From: Pyrodictium delaneyi
GTDB taxonomy: Archaea; Thermoproteota; Thermoprotei_A; Sulfolobales; Pyrodictiaceae
Reading direction: 5' to 3'
DNA length: 32,000 bases
NCBI RefSeq assembly: GCF_001412615.1
Contig: NZ_CP013011.1
Coordinates: 660,001-692,000, forward strand
Positions within the stretch are counted from its first letter, which is position 1. The number at the start of each line of letters is the position of its first letter. The notes below the pieces were generated by a model. The model was not told where the DNA came from, did no database searches, and was given only the letters and a program-made list of their open reading frames with translations. A program made the translations under genes and the position numbers. Positions 12,006 through 21,781 of the stretch are shown here, piece by piece.

Positions 12006-13039
12006 GTGAATGCAACCTCTACAGCCTCTGTCGCACTACGAGCGAAGACGTATATAACCGGCTCAAGTCCGTGACCTCCGAGATCGGCTATAGCATCTAC
12101 CGGCTTTTCTACTTTAGAAATACTTTCAGCTATATCATAGAGTAGACTCTGAGGGCTGCTGTGCGGCCCCACCTCTATCACGTTTAGCCCTTTCTCTTTC
12201 AGCTTCTTCACGCAGCCGGGACTATATGCTATGACAACAGCTGCCCTACGGTCAGGCCAGCGACGTTTAACAAGTAAGAGTATGCTGGCTGTATGTTTAC
12301 TACCTCCATATGCAGGGCTTCCCACTGCCACCACTTGGCCGCCGGCCCGAACGAGCGCCCCCGTTAGCCCAACAGTTTCAGCTATCGTGGACGCACCGGG
12401 CTTGGCCACGACAATGTTTGAGCCGACGTTGGGTATCAATCTCTCAGCGCCCGGCGTACCCTTGAACGTCTCAACAGCTTCAGCAACTTCGAGTATGAAT
12501 GGATCGCTGCCTGGCTGGAACAGTGTGGTGCACACGCTACAGTCCGGCGGAAGCCTGGAGTCTACGCGGTGGTGGAGACTACAGAGAGCGCCGCGGGAGA
12601 GTAGGCTATTGACATAACTCGTGAAGAGGGAGAAATAGCCGCCGTAGTCGCCTCGGAGTAGCTGTGAAGCTAGGACCTCGGCTACAGCCCAGGCTTCTTC
12701 TCTTGGTGTACCGGCCTCCTCAAGCTCCTTCAGAAGCTCTTCTACGTCTTTTCGGAGGTACTTGCTCACCATTGGCTGTGATACGCCGAGAAGCTTAGCT
12801 ATTTTCTCCTGTCCCATGCCCTTGTCGCGAAGTATCCTAGCAACGATAGCCTTTAGCGGTGGAACTATGTAGCGTGCTGCAAGCTCGTGGGGTAGCAAGA
12901 CGTCCTCTATCCCCGCTCCTAGTGGTGTATCTGGAACCACTCTAGAGTATTGTCGTTGTAGATTGACGCTGACACGATGTCGTCCGGGAATGTAGGCAGA
13001 GAGGGTAGGGCACGAAAAATGTCGTGCAATGCAACGCAC
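11984..13039 (-). CDS. HTH domain fused to ThiN-type thiamine-phosphate synthase domain (putative)
   Basis: HTH KIAKLLGVSQPMVSKYL. C-terminal IPNVGSNIVVA...GGSKHTASILL...AAVVIAY resembles the ThiN domain consensus from memory. The true start is probably internal. Confidence 0.5.
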   Translation of the reverse strand: MRCIARHFSCPTLSAYIPGRHRVSVNLQRQYSRVVPDTPLGAGIEDVLLPHELAARYIVPPLKAIVARILRDKGMGQEKIAKLLGVSQPMVSKYLRKDVEELLKELEEAGTPREEAWAVAEVLASQLLRGDYGGYFSLFTSYVNSLLSRGALCSLHHRVDSRLPPDCSVCTTLFQPGSDPFILEVAEAVETFKGTPGAERLIPNVGSNIVVAKPGASTIAETVGLTGALVRAGGQVVAVGSPAYGGSKHTASILLLVKRRWPDRRAAVVIAYSPGCVKKLKEKGLNVIEVGPHSSPQSLLYDIAESISKVEKPVDAIADLGGHGLEPVIYVFARSATEAVEVAFTCLEDGG

Positions 13040-13113
13040 TGAAGTCTTCAGTGTAGGGCCGGATAGCGTATCTAGCCTAGCAACGTCCCGGATACGGTTC
13101 TCGGTGTGTAGAC

Positions 13114-14352
13114 GTGGCTCGTGCCCGTATACTCGCAGACAAGGACATGGAGGAGCTGAGAGGGTATATACTCGGACTCTACAAGAGCTTCATACCTGTC
13201 AAGGCTATACCTCCTGACCTTGGCGGCGCTGGGGAGTTAAGAAGGGCTGAAGTACTGGAAAAAGAACTGTCTGAACTCGGTTTAGAAACTGAGAGAGTAG
13301 ACGCACATGACGATAGAGCCGATGGTGGTTTGAGACCTAACATTTTAGCAATTCTCCCTGGCAAAGACACACGTCATACGCTCTGGATAGTGGCGCATCT
13401 TGACACCGTACCGGAGGGCGACCGGGGTCTTTGGCGAACTGACCCCTACACGGTAGTGGTTGATGGGGACAAGGTGTATGGGAGAGGTGTTGAGGATAAC
13501 GGGCAGGGTATAGTGACGGCGCTTGCGGTGGTTTGGTACCTCGTAAAGCATGGCCTCGAGCCACGGATAAACTTAGGAATAGCGTTGGTTAGCGATGAAG
13601 AGACAGGTAGCCGCTACGGGCTAAAGTACCTCCTCGAAAAGAGGGCTTTCGGTGGGCCAGAAACTGACTGGTTCCTAGTACCTGATGCGGGAAGCCCAGA
13701 CGGCGCAAAGGTCATAGTAGCTGAGAAGCATATACTATGGGTAAAGGTCACAGTCCGTGGCCGCCAAGCTCACGCGAGTATGCCACACACAGGGCTCAAT
13801 GCCCACCGTCTCGGCATGATTTTCAACCTGGAGCTGGACAGCATGCTGCATTCGCAGTTCGCCGAATACGATGAAGTCTTTGAGCCTCCTGTATCGACTT
13901 TTGAACCCACCAGGAAGGATGCTAATGTTGACAACATAAACACGATACCTGGCGTGGACCAAGTCTACTGGGATATGAGGATACTACCCAGATATAGCAT
14001 CAAAAAGGTGTTAGATGCTGTCAGGGCAGCGGCTTACGGGTTCTCGGCGAGAACCGGGGTACAGGTCGAGGTAGATGTCGTCGCGGCCGATGACGCCGGT
14101 AAGCCTACCGACACGGAGCATCCTTTCGTCAGGGGCTTCCTTCGAGCTATACGTGAAACGAGAGGATTGGAGCCGAAGCCGATAGGGATAGGTGGTGGGA
14201 CAGTAGCCAGGTATCTGCGCAGACGCGGGTACCAGGCACTAGTATGGATGACGTGTGACGAGACCGCGCATCAGCCGAACGAGTACACTAGGCTCAGCTA
14301 CATTATAGCTGACGTAGACACAATACTGTACTACCTGCTGCGTGTTGCGTGA
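13114..14352 (+). CDS. M20 family metallohydrolase (ArgE/DapE/peptidase-like)
   Basis: AHLDTVP, GRGVEDNGQG and SDEETGS metal-binding motifs. GTG start. Confidence 0.8.
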   Translation: MARARILADKDMEELRGYILGLYKSFIPVKAIPPDLGGAGELRRAEVLEKELSELGLETERVDAHDDRADGGLRPNILAILPGKDTRHTLWIVAHLDTVPEGDRGLWRTDPYTVVVDGDKVYGRGVEDNGQGIVTALAVVWYLVKHGLEPRINLGIALVSDEETGSRYGLKYLLEKRAFGGPETDWFLVPDAGSPDGAKVIVAEKHILWVKVTVRGRQAHASMPHTGLNAHRLGMIFNLELDSMLHSQFAEYDEVFEPPVSTFEPTRKDANVDNINTIPGVDQVYWDMRILPRYSIKKVLDAVRAAAYGFSARTGVQVEVDVVAADDAGKPTDTEHPFVRGFLRAIRETRGLEPKPIGIGGGTVARYLRRRGYQALVWMTCDETAHQPNEYTRLSYIIADVDTILYYLLRVA

Positions 14353-14433
14353 CAACCTCCCTGGAGTGAGTTGTTTTTCAACGCCCCAGTAGGCCAGGGA
14401 ACGTGAGAGCTGGCTATAGAGGGCGGAGGGGCT

Positions 14434-14946
14434 GTGAAGCTCAAGCTAGACAGCTCGAAGTACTTCAGCATACCCTACAGCGTGTTCGACGTCCTCCTGC
14501 AGATGAGGGGCGCTATAGACCCTGACTCGGGCCAGATAGTCTGCCACTTCTACACATTGGGTGTGGCAGCCCTCGAGACCGGCGATTCAGCTGTACCAGT
14601 AATAGTGCTCGAGGGCTGCCTCCTAGCTACCTTCGGTAAGGAGAACATAGAAGCTGTACTCAAGGCTGGTGAGGCAGTAGAGGTCAACGAGTTCCGGGTT
14701 AACCGTGGCCGCATAGCTATAGGCGATCTCGAGGTAGATCACTACTGGGGATTGGCAGCAATAGCCTATGCGGGGGAGACGGGGGCAGATGTAAAACTGT
14801 ACAAGCTCCGCGTGGTAGTCGACGGGGAGGAAGCCCCAGTAGCGGCTATATTAGTGGATCCGACCGACGCAGGGCCCATGCTGATGATGTTGCCCAAGTC
14901 TTGCGAGTATATAGAGGAGCAGGAACAGCCTCCAACACACATGTAG
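14434..14946 (+). CDS. Hypothetical protein
   Basis: 170-aa ORF, no motif recognised. Composition is similar to the neighbouring genes. Confidence 0.45.
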   Translation: MKLKLDSSKYFSIPYSVFDVLLQMRGAIDPDSGQIVCHFYTLGVAALETGDSAVPVIVLEGCLLATFGKENIEAVLKAGEAVEVNEFRVNRGRIAIGDLEVDHYWGLAAIAYAGETGADVKLYKLRVVVDGEEAPVAAILVDPTDAGPMLMMLPKSCEYIEEQEQPPTHM

Positions 14947-14971
14947 TAGTGTCAAGGTGTTTTCCGCCTCT

Positions 14972-15784
14972 CTAGGCCTTGCCCTTCTCCCTGCATGTCT
15001 TGCAGCCGCAGAGTACCTCGAGGGCCTCCTCCTCCACCGGGTGAAGTCTTGGTGCAGCTACTACTAGGCTATGTGGTGGCGGCGGATAGCTAGCAGCCGC
15101 AACTTCCTCCACAGTGCCTGCAATGCAACGTTGCTCACTAGTACCAGCCCTAGCGACACCAACGACTACGGCACCACGTATCTCGGGTTCTCTACCCTCC
15201 TCGGCTGCAAGCTCTGCCTCCAGCTCAAGAAGAATACGGATAGCCTCCGGGATCGTCATTGCATGGCCGGCGTCAAGCCTAAGATCGAGGAGGACTAGTG
15301 TATGGAGCCCCCTCTCACGGTTAGCCCAGATAGTCTCGACAGTACTGTAGGGCTTGAACCCCTCCTCCGGATACACCAGGGTGACAGTCTTGCCGAAACG
15401 ATAAACCTGCAAGCCAGTAGCGTCTATCACAGCTTGTAGCCCCGATACGCCGGGCACTACGTGTGCCTCTACACCGCGTCTGCGTGCTTCGATGAAAAGC
15501 GCTATGTGGGTGGTAGCGTGAAGCGGGTCGCCGGGCACGAGGAGCACAACAGTCTTCTCACGGGCCTCCTGGATCAGTTTCCCGGCCTCGTCCTCTAGGA
15601 GGCGACGTGGTGCCTCGACTACCTCTGCCCTGGGGTTTAGCCGCCTCACGAGCTCCCGGTCAACGCCCGGCGCGATGCTGGTGTAAGTGTCCAGGTAGAC
15701 TTTGTCAGCCGCTCCGATAACCTGTATGGCTTTCAGGGTAAGGTACTCAGAGGAAACACCAGCACCGACTATGTAGAGCGCCAT
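14972..15784 (-). CDS. dphB: Diphthine synthase
   Basis: MALYIVGAGVS...LTLKA...DKVYLDTYTS N-terminus and tetrapyrrole-methylase-fold motifs (VPGDPLHATTH). Confidence 0.9.
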   Translation of the reverse strand: MALYIVGAGVSSEYLTLKAIQVIGAADKVYLDTYTSIAPGVDRELVRRLNPRAEVVEAPRRLLEDEAGKLIQEAREKTVVLLVPGDPLHATTHIALFIEARRRGVEAHVVPGVSGLQAVIDATGLQVYRFGKTVTLVYPEEGFKPYSTVETIWANRERGLHTLVLLDLRLDAGHAMTIPEAIRILLELEAELAAEEGREPEIRGAVVVGVARAGTSEQRCIAGTVEEVAAASYPPPPHSLVVAAPRLHPVEEEALEVLCGCKTCREKGKA

Positions 15785-15807
15785 TCTCAGTCCTCCTCCG
15801 GGGGCGC

Positions 15808-16989
15808 TTAGTCTAGGCCGTAGTAACTCCTAGCCTTCTCGGCCAGGCCGCCGACCACTATGTAGTCGAATATCGTGCCGCGGCTCTCCCGGAGCCTCAA
15901 CGCCTCCACTATCCAGCTATACCTGCCCCCAGCGAGGCCATTGGCGAGCAATGCGGCCCCTAGCGCCGCCTCCTTAGCTGTGCCCTTGTAACTGAGCCCA
16001 GTGGTCTCTATGCCCAGTCTCGAGAGTACGGGGTTGAGCTTCTCCTCTAGCGCCTGGCGGAAGAGTCCTACGCGCCACCATCGTCCTGTCACGTATACCC
16101 GGCGGGGTGTGACGGCGGTGAGCAACGCTAACACGTCCTTGGCAGCAGACTCTGCTAGCGCCTCAATGACCTCTTGTGCACGTATATCGCCCTCAGCGGC
16201 TCTCCTGGCTACTGTGTCGGGCCCGGGTGGAGGCCATGAGTCTTCGAGGAGCGCTGCTGCGCCGCCTTCGAATAGCCTCTCCTTGCTGAACCCTGGCTCG
16301 ATGAAGGCAGCCAGATAGGCTAGCTCCGAGTCCCAAGCGCCAGCACCCATGTATCCCGTGAAGCCTGCAGAGCCCCCAATCCCGTCGACTATGCGGCCGG
16401 AGCTGACGGCTATAGCTGCTGTATACGCGTAACCAACCTCCAATACTATGAGGTCAGCCTTCTCTATAGGGGTGCCCCTGTCCTCCACCTCTTCGCGCAA
16501 CGCTGCGGCGACAGAATAGACCTTATCACTGGTACCCATATCTATCTTGTTAAGCTTACGCCACCGAGGGACTGTCGGGAGATGCACTACGCCAGGCGTA
16601 AACCAGACGGGTAGACCGCTCTCTGCAAGGAGCATCATAGCCCGGCGGAGGCCTAGGATGCGGAGCCCCCGCTCCTCGTCGGCCTGGTGTATGAAGGTAG
16701 CAGCCCTTATCTCGGCCATGGCGGCCTCTTGGGCTCGCTTCAGCGGCACACCGTAGCCGCTAGACATGACTATAGATGAGACACCCTCCTCTACGAGCTT
16801 CTCCAGCTTCTCCACGATTATGCTTGGCTGCTCTACCACCAGACGCCTAGGTATAGCCTCCTCGTAGAATACCCGGAACCCGTTGTCAGTCTCCTCTATC
16901 GCTACTATGTCCACGCTATACGTGCCCGAGTCAACGCCAGCACTCCTAAGCCCGGTCATCACGTATAACCCTCCATGAATATCATTCAT
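15808..16989 (-). CDS. DUF1464 / ASKHA-fold (butyrate-kinase-like) protein
   Basis: N-terminal phosphate-1-like GVDSGTYSVDIV. Length and layout resemble the archaeal DUF1464 family often found next to beta-RFAP synthase. Family call is from memory. Confidence 0.5.
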   Translation of the reverse strand: MNDIHGGLYVMTGLRSAGVDSGTYSVDIVAIEETDNGFRVFYEEAIPRRLVVEQPSIIVEKLEKLVEEGVSSIVMSSGYGVPLKRAQEAAMAEIRAATFIHQADEERGLRILGLRRAMMLLAESGLPVWFTPGVVHLPTVPRWRKLNKIDMGTSDKVYSVAAALREEVEDRGTPIEKADLIVLEVGYAYTAAIAVSSGRIVDGIGGSAGFTGYMGAGAWDSELAYLAAFIEPGFSKERLFEGGAAALLEDSWPPPGPDTVARRAAEGDIRAQEVIEALAESAAKDVLALLTAVTPRRVYVTGRWWRVGLFRQALEEKLNPVLSRLGIETTGLSYKGTAKEAALGAALLANGLAGGRYSWIVEALRLRESRGTIFDYIVVGGLAEKARSYYGLD

Positions 16990-17004
16990 GGTTGAAAATC
17001 ATAG

Positions 17005-17970
17005 CTACACAATGACGGTGGCTCCGTGGTTGTCGGGAGCGGCTATGTAGACAGCTCCGCCTCCTCTCTCGCTTAGCCACTCTCGGAGCCTAGACGCTAT
17101 CGCTCTGGCTTTCGAGAGGCTCGGTGCTATTGTGTAGAAAGTTGGCCCCCAGCTAGACTGGGCTGCACCAGCAGAGCCTAGACTGTGGAGCAGCCTTATG
17201 CCCTCCTCGACTAGCGGGCAACAGTAGCGTCCCTTCTGCTCTGTTGCCCAGTACTCGCCGAGGAGGCCGTTGAACTCTTCAAGCGCCTCGAGCAGCTCCT
17301 CGAGCCTAGCCTCAGCAGCGGCAGGCATAAGCTTCATGAGTACTATTCTTGACGCCTTCATAGCCATCTCTTCCGGCATAGAGGGCATAGACTCTAGTAC
17401 CTCATCCTCCCTAGCCTTCAGCTCGAGTATCCGAGGTAGTGGCTCGTAGGGGATAGCTATGACGAAACGCCAGCTCTCCGGTAGCTCATACCTGGCTATG
17501 AGTGGGGGTATGTGACGTCCCTTCTCCTCTAGAAGGAAACCACCCTCGACAATCATGCCGCCTCGGGTGAAGCTGTAGAAGCCGAGAGCAGACACGGTAG
17601 AGCGTCCGAGGGCAAGAGCGGCGTCGGCAAGGCCTACGCCAGCGCTATATAGCAGCTGGTATGCTCGGGCAATAGACAGTACTAGTGAAGTAGTACTCCC
17701 CATGCCGACGTGCCTCGGTATAGCCTCGTGGATACGTATGCAGATGTGTGGCAGGCCGAACTCCTCCTGGAGTCGATCAACTATCTGCAGTGCGCGGTCA
17801 GCATCAGCGCCTTCTACGCGAGTATCTGGGCAGCGCCACGCCTCCAGCACTAGCCTTGGCTGCGAGACGGTGAAGCCCACTGTGCCATAGAGCCGACCTA
17901 GACCACCATGTAGATCCATGTTGCCAGCGTGGAGGTGTGCAGGAGTCGACACGATGACTCTCTCAGGCAA
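17005..17970 (-). CDS. Beta-ribofuranosylaminobenzene 5'-phosphate synthase family (GHMP-kinase fold)
   Basis: STPAHLHAGNMDLHGGLGRLYGTVG matches the beta-RFAP synthase N-terminal signature. GHMP motif GMGSTTSL. Confidence 0.7.
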   Translation of the reverse strand: MPERVIVSTPAHLHAGNMDLHGGLGRLYGTVGFTVSQPRLVLEAWRCPDTRVEGADADRALQIVDRLQEEFGLPHICIRIHEAIPRHVGMGSTTSLVLSIARAYQLLYSAGVGLADAALALGRSTVSALGFYSFTRGGMIVEGGFLLEEKGRHIPPLIARYELPESWRFVIAIPYEPLPRILELKAREDEVLESMPSMPEEMAMKASRIVLMKLMPAAAEARLEELLEALEEFNGLLGEYWATEQKGRYCCPLVEEGIRLLHSLGSAGAAQSSWGPTFYTIAPSLSKARAIASRLREWLSERGGGAVYIAAPDNHGATVIV

Positions 17971-18101
17971 TAATGATCGCCTCCCTCCCCTTGCTACCTC
18001 CTGTCCCGCCTGCTAGCCCTGGCAAACGAGCCCTTATGTACCGGCCTACGCCCTGTCGAGGATTAACGGGAAACCCCAGACGACTGCGAGGAGTATGAGC
18101 C

Positions 18102-18800
18102 GTGTCTAAGCCCGGTATAGTTTCTAGGCTTGAGAAAGAGGCGCCAGTCCTACAGGTAGCGCTAGACTTCACAAACCTAGAAGATGCTCTAGGCCTCGCC
18201 GCAGAGCTCCGAAGAAACCTTGACACGTTATGGCTCGCTGAGGCCGGTACTCCCCTCATAAAGAGCGAGGGGCTCCGGAGTGTAACCCTCCTAGCCAGGG
18301 TAGTCGGGCCAAACCCTGTCGTCGCGGACATGAAGACTGCTGATACTGGGGCGCTAGAGGCTGGCCTCGCGGCCAGAGCGGGGGCCTCGATAGTCACGGT
18401 GCTTGCTTGTAGCCTCGACGAAACCATAGAGGCTGCCGTGCGGGAGGCTCACCGCTACGGCGCGGTAGTGGCTGCAGATCTGATAGCTGTCGGCGACCCT
18501 GTGGCCCGGGTGGAGCAACTCGCAAGCCTAGGCGTAGACATAGTAGAGCTCCACGTGGGTATCGACGCCCAGAAGGCGCTGGGCATGACTGCAGCAGAGC
18601 TGCGCAGCACAGTGAAGAAGATAGCAGAGAGGTTCCCTGGCCTCGTGGCTGTCGCGGGTGGCCTTAATGCTAAGACAGCACCAGCTATGGTCGAGGCGGG
18701 TGCGGCGATAATCATCGTGGGCGGAGCTATCACGAGGAGCGAGGACCCAGTGGCATCCGCTAGGGCAGTTATAGAAGCGATAAAGAAGAATAGGGCTTAG
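18102..18800 (+). CDS. 3-hexulose-6-phosphate synthase-like (OMP decarboxylase superfamily)
   Basis: LQVALDFTNLEDALGLA, EAGTPLIKSEGL and ADMKTADTG align with HPS signature segments. GTG start. Confidence 0.7.
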   Translation: MSKPGIVSRLEKEAPVLQVALDFTNLEDALGLAAELRRNLDTLWLAEAGTPLIKSEGLRSVTLLARVVGPNPVVADMKTADTGALEAGLAARAGASIVTVLACSLDETIEAAVREAHRYGAVVAADLIAVGDPVARVEQLASLGVDIVELHVGIDAQKALGMTAAELRSTVKKIAERFPGLVAVAGGLNAKTAPAMVEAGAAIIIVGGAITRSEDPVASARAVIEAIKKNRA

Positions 18801-20092
18801 GCTTCCTCTCTCTTTTCGCCCTCTTTCTGCCCGGGTTCACGGTATATCATCACTGGTACGCGCTCGCCCCTCTGGTACTGCCGATTCTCCACAATAGCTA
18901 GGCCGTCGGCCTCACAGTTACTCACAGTCACGGAGCTGTGCTGCCTCTCTAGGGGTAGTGGTTCTGCGTAGAGCTTACCGTCCTCCAGGTAGAGCTTCAC
19001 CTTGACGGGCTGTGGCCTCTTGGCGCGTATATCTCCTGCTAGCTCTGCTATAGCTGGTAGAGGCGGCTCGACGCCACGCACTACGTTACCCATATGCTTT
19101 AGCACGGGGTAGACTAGCCTTATGAAGCCATGAAGTGCTGACACTGGGTGGCCCGAGAGCGCTAGTACCAGAGGCCCACCCGGCAGTATCATGGCCGAGG
19201 TGGGTCTCCCGCCTTTCACGAAGAGGCCGCGGAAGAGCACCTCACCGTCTAACATCTCTGCAAGCTGGTAGAAGGGGTCGACATCGCTCGGCCCGGTACC
19301 GCCGGTGAGGATGACGAGATCGAGGTGACGCATCTGCCGGGTGAGGTACCAGGCTATAGTATCCACGTTGTCTGGGAGTAGTATGCGCTCCTCGACCACT
19401 GTCCAGGGGGTATACCTGTCTATAGCCCATTCTATGAGCTTAGCGGTAGTCTCGGCAACCTCGCCGCGAAGTATGCGCTGTTCAGCCTCGGCAGGGTCCA
19501 CGGGCTCGAATAGCTCCGTGCCAGTAGCTATGATGCCAACGCTGATAGGCCTATACACCTTGACGCGTGTCACGGCAACGTCGAGGAGCCCGGCCACGTC
19601 GAGCATGGTTACAACGTAGCCTCGGGGAAGGAGGACCTGGCCTTTACGGACATAGGCGCCTACAGGGTCGAAGTTCTTGCCGGCCGGGAACTCCTTCTCA
19701 ACTACTATGTAGTCGCCCTCTCTTCTGACGGCCTCCTCTGGGATAACAGTGTCAGCGCCATCGGGGAGATAGGCTCCCGTGGATACGTAGACGGCTGTGC
19801 CGGGCTCGACCCGGTACTTCACGTCCACCTTGCCTATAGTGGCCTCGCCTACTACGCGGAGTCTGCCAGGCGTATCGGAGGAACGTATAGCATAACCATC
19901 GTAAGCAGCCCTTGGCCGAGGCGGAAAGTCGTGTGGCGCTCGCACATCCTCCGCGAGAACTAGACCTATAGCCTCCCATACCGGGGCTTCTACAGTCTCC
20001 TCGACCGGCTTGACTCGTGAGGTTACTATCTGTATGGCCTCGTTAACTGGGGTCAACCGTTCAAGGTAGCGGGGTACACGCCTAGACGCCAT
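18797..20092 (-). CDS. moeA: Molybdopterin molybdenumtransferase
   Basis: AYDGYA, GTELF and ILTGGTGPSDVD motifs. Confidence 0.85.
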   Translation of the reverse strand: MASRRVPRYLERLTPVNEAIQIVTSRVKPVEETVEAPVWEAIGLVLAEDVRAPHDFPPRPRAAYDGYAIRSSDTPGRLRVVGEATIGKVDVKYRVEPGTAVYVSTGAYLPDGADTVIPEEAVRREGDYIVVEKEFPAGKNFDPVGAYVRKGQVLLPRGYVVTMLDVAGLLDVAVTRVKVYRPISVGIIATGTELFEPVDPAEAEQRILRGEVAETTAKLIEWAIDRYTPWTVVEERILLPDNVDTIAWYLTRQMRHLDLVILTGGTGPSDVDPFYQLAEMLDGEVLFRGLFVKGGRPTSAMILPGGPLVLALSGHPVSALHGFIRLVYPVLKHMGNVVRGVEPPLPAIAELAGDIRAKRPQPVKVKLYLEDGKLYAEPLPLERQHSSVTVSNCEADGLAIVENRQYQRGERVPVMIYREPGQKEGEKREEA

Positions 20093-20415
20093 GACTCCTC
20101 AATCCGTGTAGACGCCGGGGCATCTGGCCTCAACTTACGGTTTACGGGCTGCAAGACCTGGAATGGAAGTTCCCGGGTATTTCTGGGCTAGGGGGCCGTG
20201 TGCTCTGGGGTGCTACGGGGGCGCAGAGGGGAGGTCACTCCACGACCAGATAGATTCGGCCGGGGGTCTCCCGGTGCAGAGGAAGCTCCTCTTCCCTGAC
20301 GCGGCTCCCCGGATAACACCCCAGGCAGCGGCTATGCTTCGCCCACTGCAGCCTGTAGTAGCATTATCGACTCCACTGGCTAGGGAGCGCAGGTAGAAGA
20401 GGAAGCGAGGCCATC

Positions 20416-21621
20416 CTATCTTCTACGTCTACGCGTTTTAATAACAACCTCGGGGTAGACACCAGGGTCTAGATGCTCCTCCTCCACGAAGTTGTCGCCA
20501 AGCCTGACCCAGCCAAGGGTCACACCCCGGACGCTGCCGGGCTCTATGTTGGCGTCCTCCCGTACCCGGACCACGAGCCTCCCACGGGCCAGGTTAAGTT
20601 GCTCGACTAGTGCGGGCTCGTCCAGGCCGTTGGCAAGGTGTAGCCCAGCGAGCAGTCCACGGGCCCAGCCTGGCCGCAACCACACTCCCTCGTCTGGCCT
20701 CCGCTGGGCCTCGACAATGAGTGATGAGTCACAGCTGTAGAGCACGTTGTCGCCGGCCACAGTATATGGGCAGATGTTAGCAGCGAGTGAAGCATCTAGG
20801 ACGAGACTACGGCTCTTCGAGAATAGGGCGGCGTAAAGTCTCTGTCGGAAACTCCTCCGGTCTACGCGGCTCCGCTCCCTCTTAAGCTCCGGGCTGGGCG
20901 CACGGACAACCTCCAGCCTCCGCGCGGCCAGCAATCGGGCGAGTTCGTCGGCCTCCCGGCCGCCGAGCACGACGACTACATTTGCTCCAACGCTCTCCGC
21001 GAGAGCAGCCTTGTAGAGAGCACCCCTGCCCCTCACGTACCCGTCAGTGTCCACGACGAAGCCTCCGCTACATGCGCGAGAGGCGCGCACAGCAGCAGAG
21101 ACTGTGAGGAACCCTGCCTTCTCCGCCGAGACGTGGCCGACGAAGAATCCGCCAGCCGGCTCGACGTCCTGCAGGACTAGGGCTCTCCCTGTCCACGGCG
21201 CGTAGGCCACCATGCCGGGTAATCCTAGCTCGTTCTGCCCCACATCTGCCTCGACTACACAGAGCTCCAGCCCGTTACGCAGCCAGGCTGTGAGCGTAGA
21301 CTTGCCCGACTCAACGGGGCCAACGACCACTATGCGGCGGACACCGCGGCTCCGGAGATCCTCTACTAACCGGCTCCACGCCTCAACGATGCTGAAGCCC
21401 TCGCGTACTACACGGTAGCTGCCCCCAGCGCCAAGATAGACACAGAGCCTAGAAGCCTCCCGGGCATAGAAGGTGAAGCCCCGTGTACCCCGGACAAGCA
21501 CCTCTCCGCCGGCCTCGACGGTATAGCCGCTCGCATAGACGCCTCCCTTCTCCACGGCTACCCGTGCCGGGCCGGAGACCCAGAGGCCCTCGCCGCTCTG
21601 CAGATCCACGCACTCCGGCAT
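20416..21621 (-). CDS. Clp1/Grc3-type polynucleotide 5'-hydroxyl kinase
   Basis: P-loop GPVESGKSTL, EADVGQNELGLPG and VVDTDGYV segments typical of archaeal Clp1. Confidence 0.75.
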   Translation of the reverse strand: MPECVDLQSGEGLWVSGPARVAVEKGGVYASGYTVEAGGEVLVRGTRGFTFYAREASRLCVYLGAGGSYRVVREGFSIVEAWSRLVEDLRSRGVRRIVVVGPVESGKSTLTAWLRNGLELCVVEADVGQNELGLPGMVAYAPWTGRALVLQDVEPAGGFFVGHVSAEKAGFLTVSAAVRASRACSGGFVVDTDGYVRGRGALYKAALAESVGANVVVVLGGREADELARLLAARRLEVVRAPSPELKRERSRVDRRSFRQRLYAALFSKSRSLVLDASLAANICPYTVAGDNVLYSCDSSLIVEAQRRPDEGVWLRPGWARGLLAGLHLANGLDEPALVEQLNLARGRLVVRVREDANIEPGSVRGVTLGWVRLGDNFVEEEHLDPGVYPEVVIKTRRRRR

Positions 21622-21781
21622 ACCCCGCGCCTCCGCTTCTAGCGCTCTGAGAGAGCTAGCACCTATTACCTACCTCTGTGCTGTAACATACCTCTGGGCC
21701 ACTCTGCTCCCACAACATCTAACCCTCTAGCAGCAGGCCCTCAAGGCTAGAGGGCTACAATGTGTAGGAGGTGAAGCCCGA

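Noticed and set aside
17963-18427. 154-aa minus-strand ORF bridging the beta-RFAP synthase and HPS-like genes
   Set aside because: It lies antisense to the well-supported HPS-like CDS and covers the divergent promoter region. Its composition is Ala/Ser/Arg-rich.
20163-20396. 77-aa ORF in the Clp1-moeA spacer
   Set aside because: It has Gly/Ala/Pro/Arg-rich non-protein-like composition, no ribosome-binding or promoter context, and lies on the strand opposite to both neighbours.
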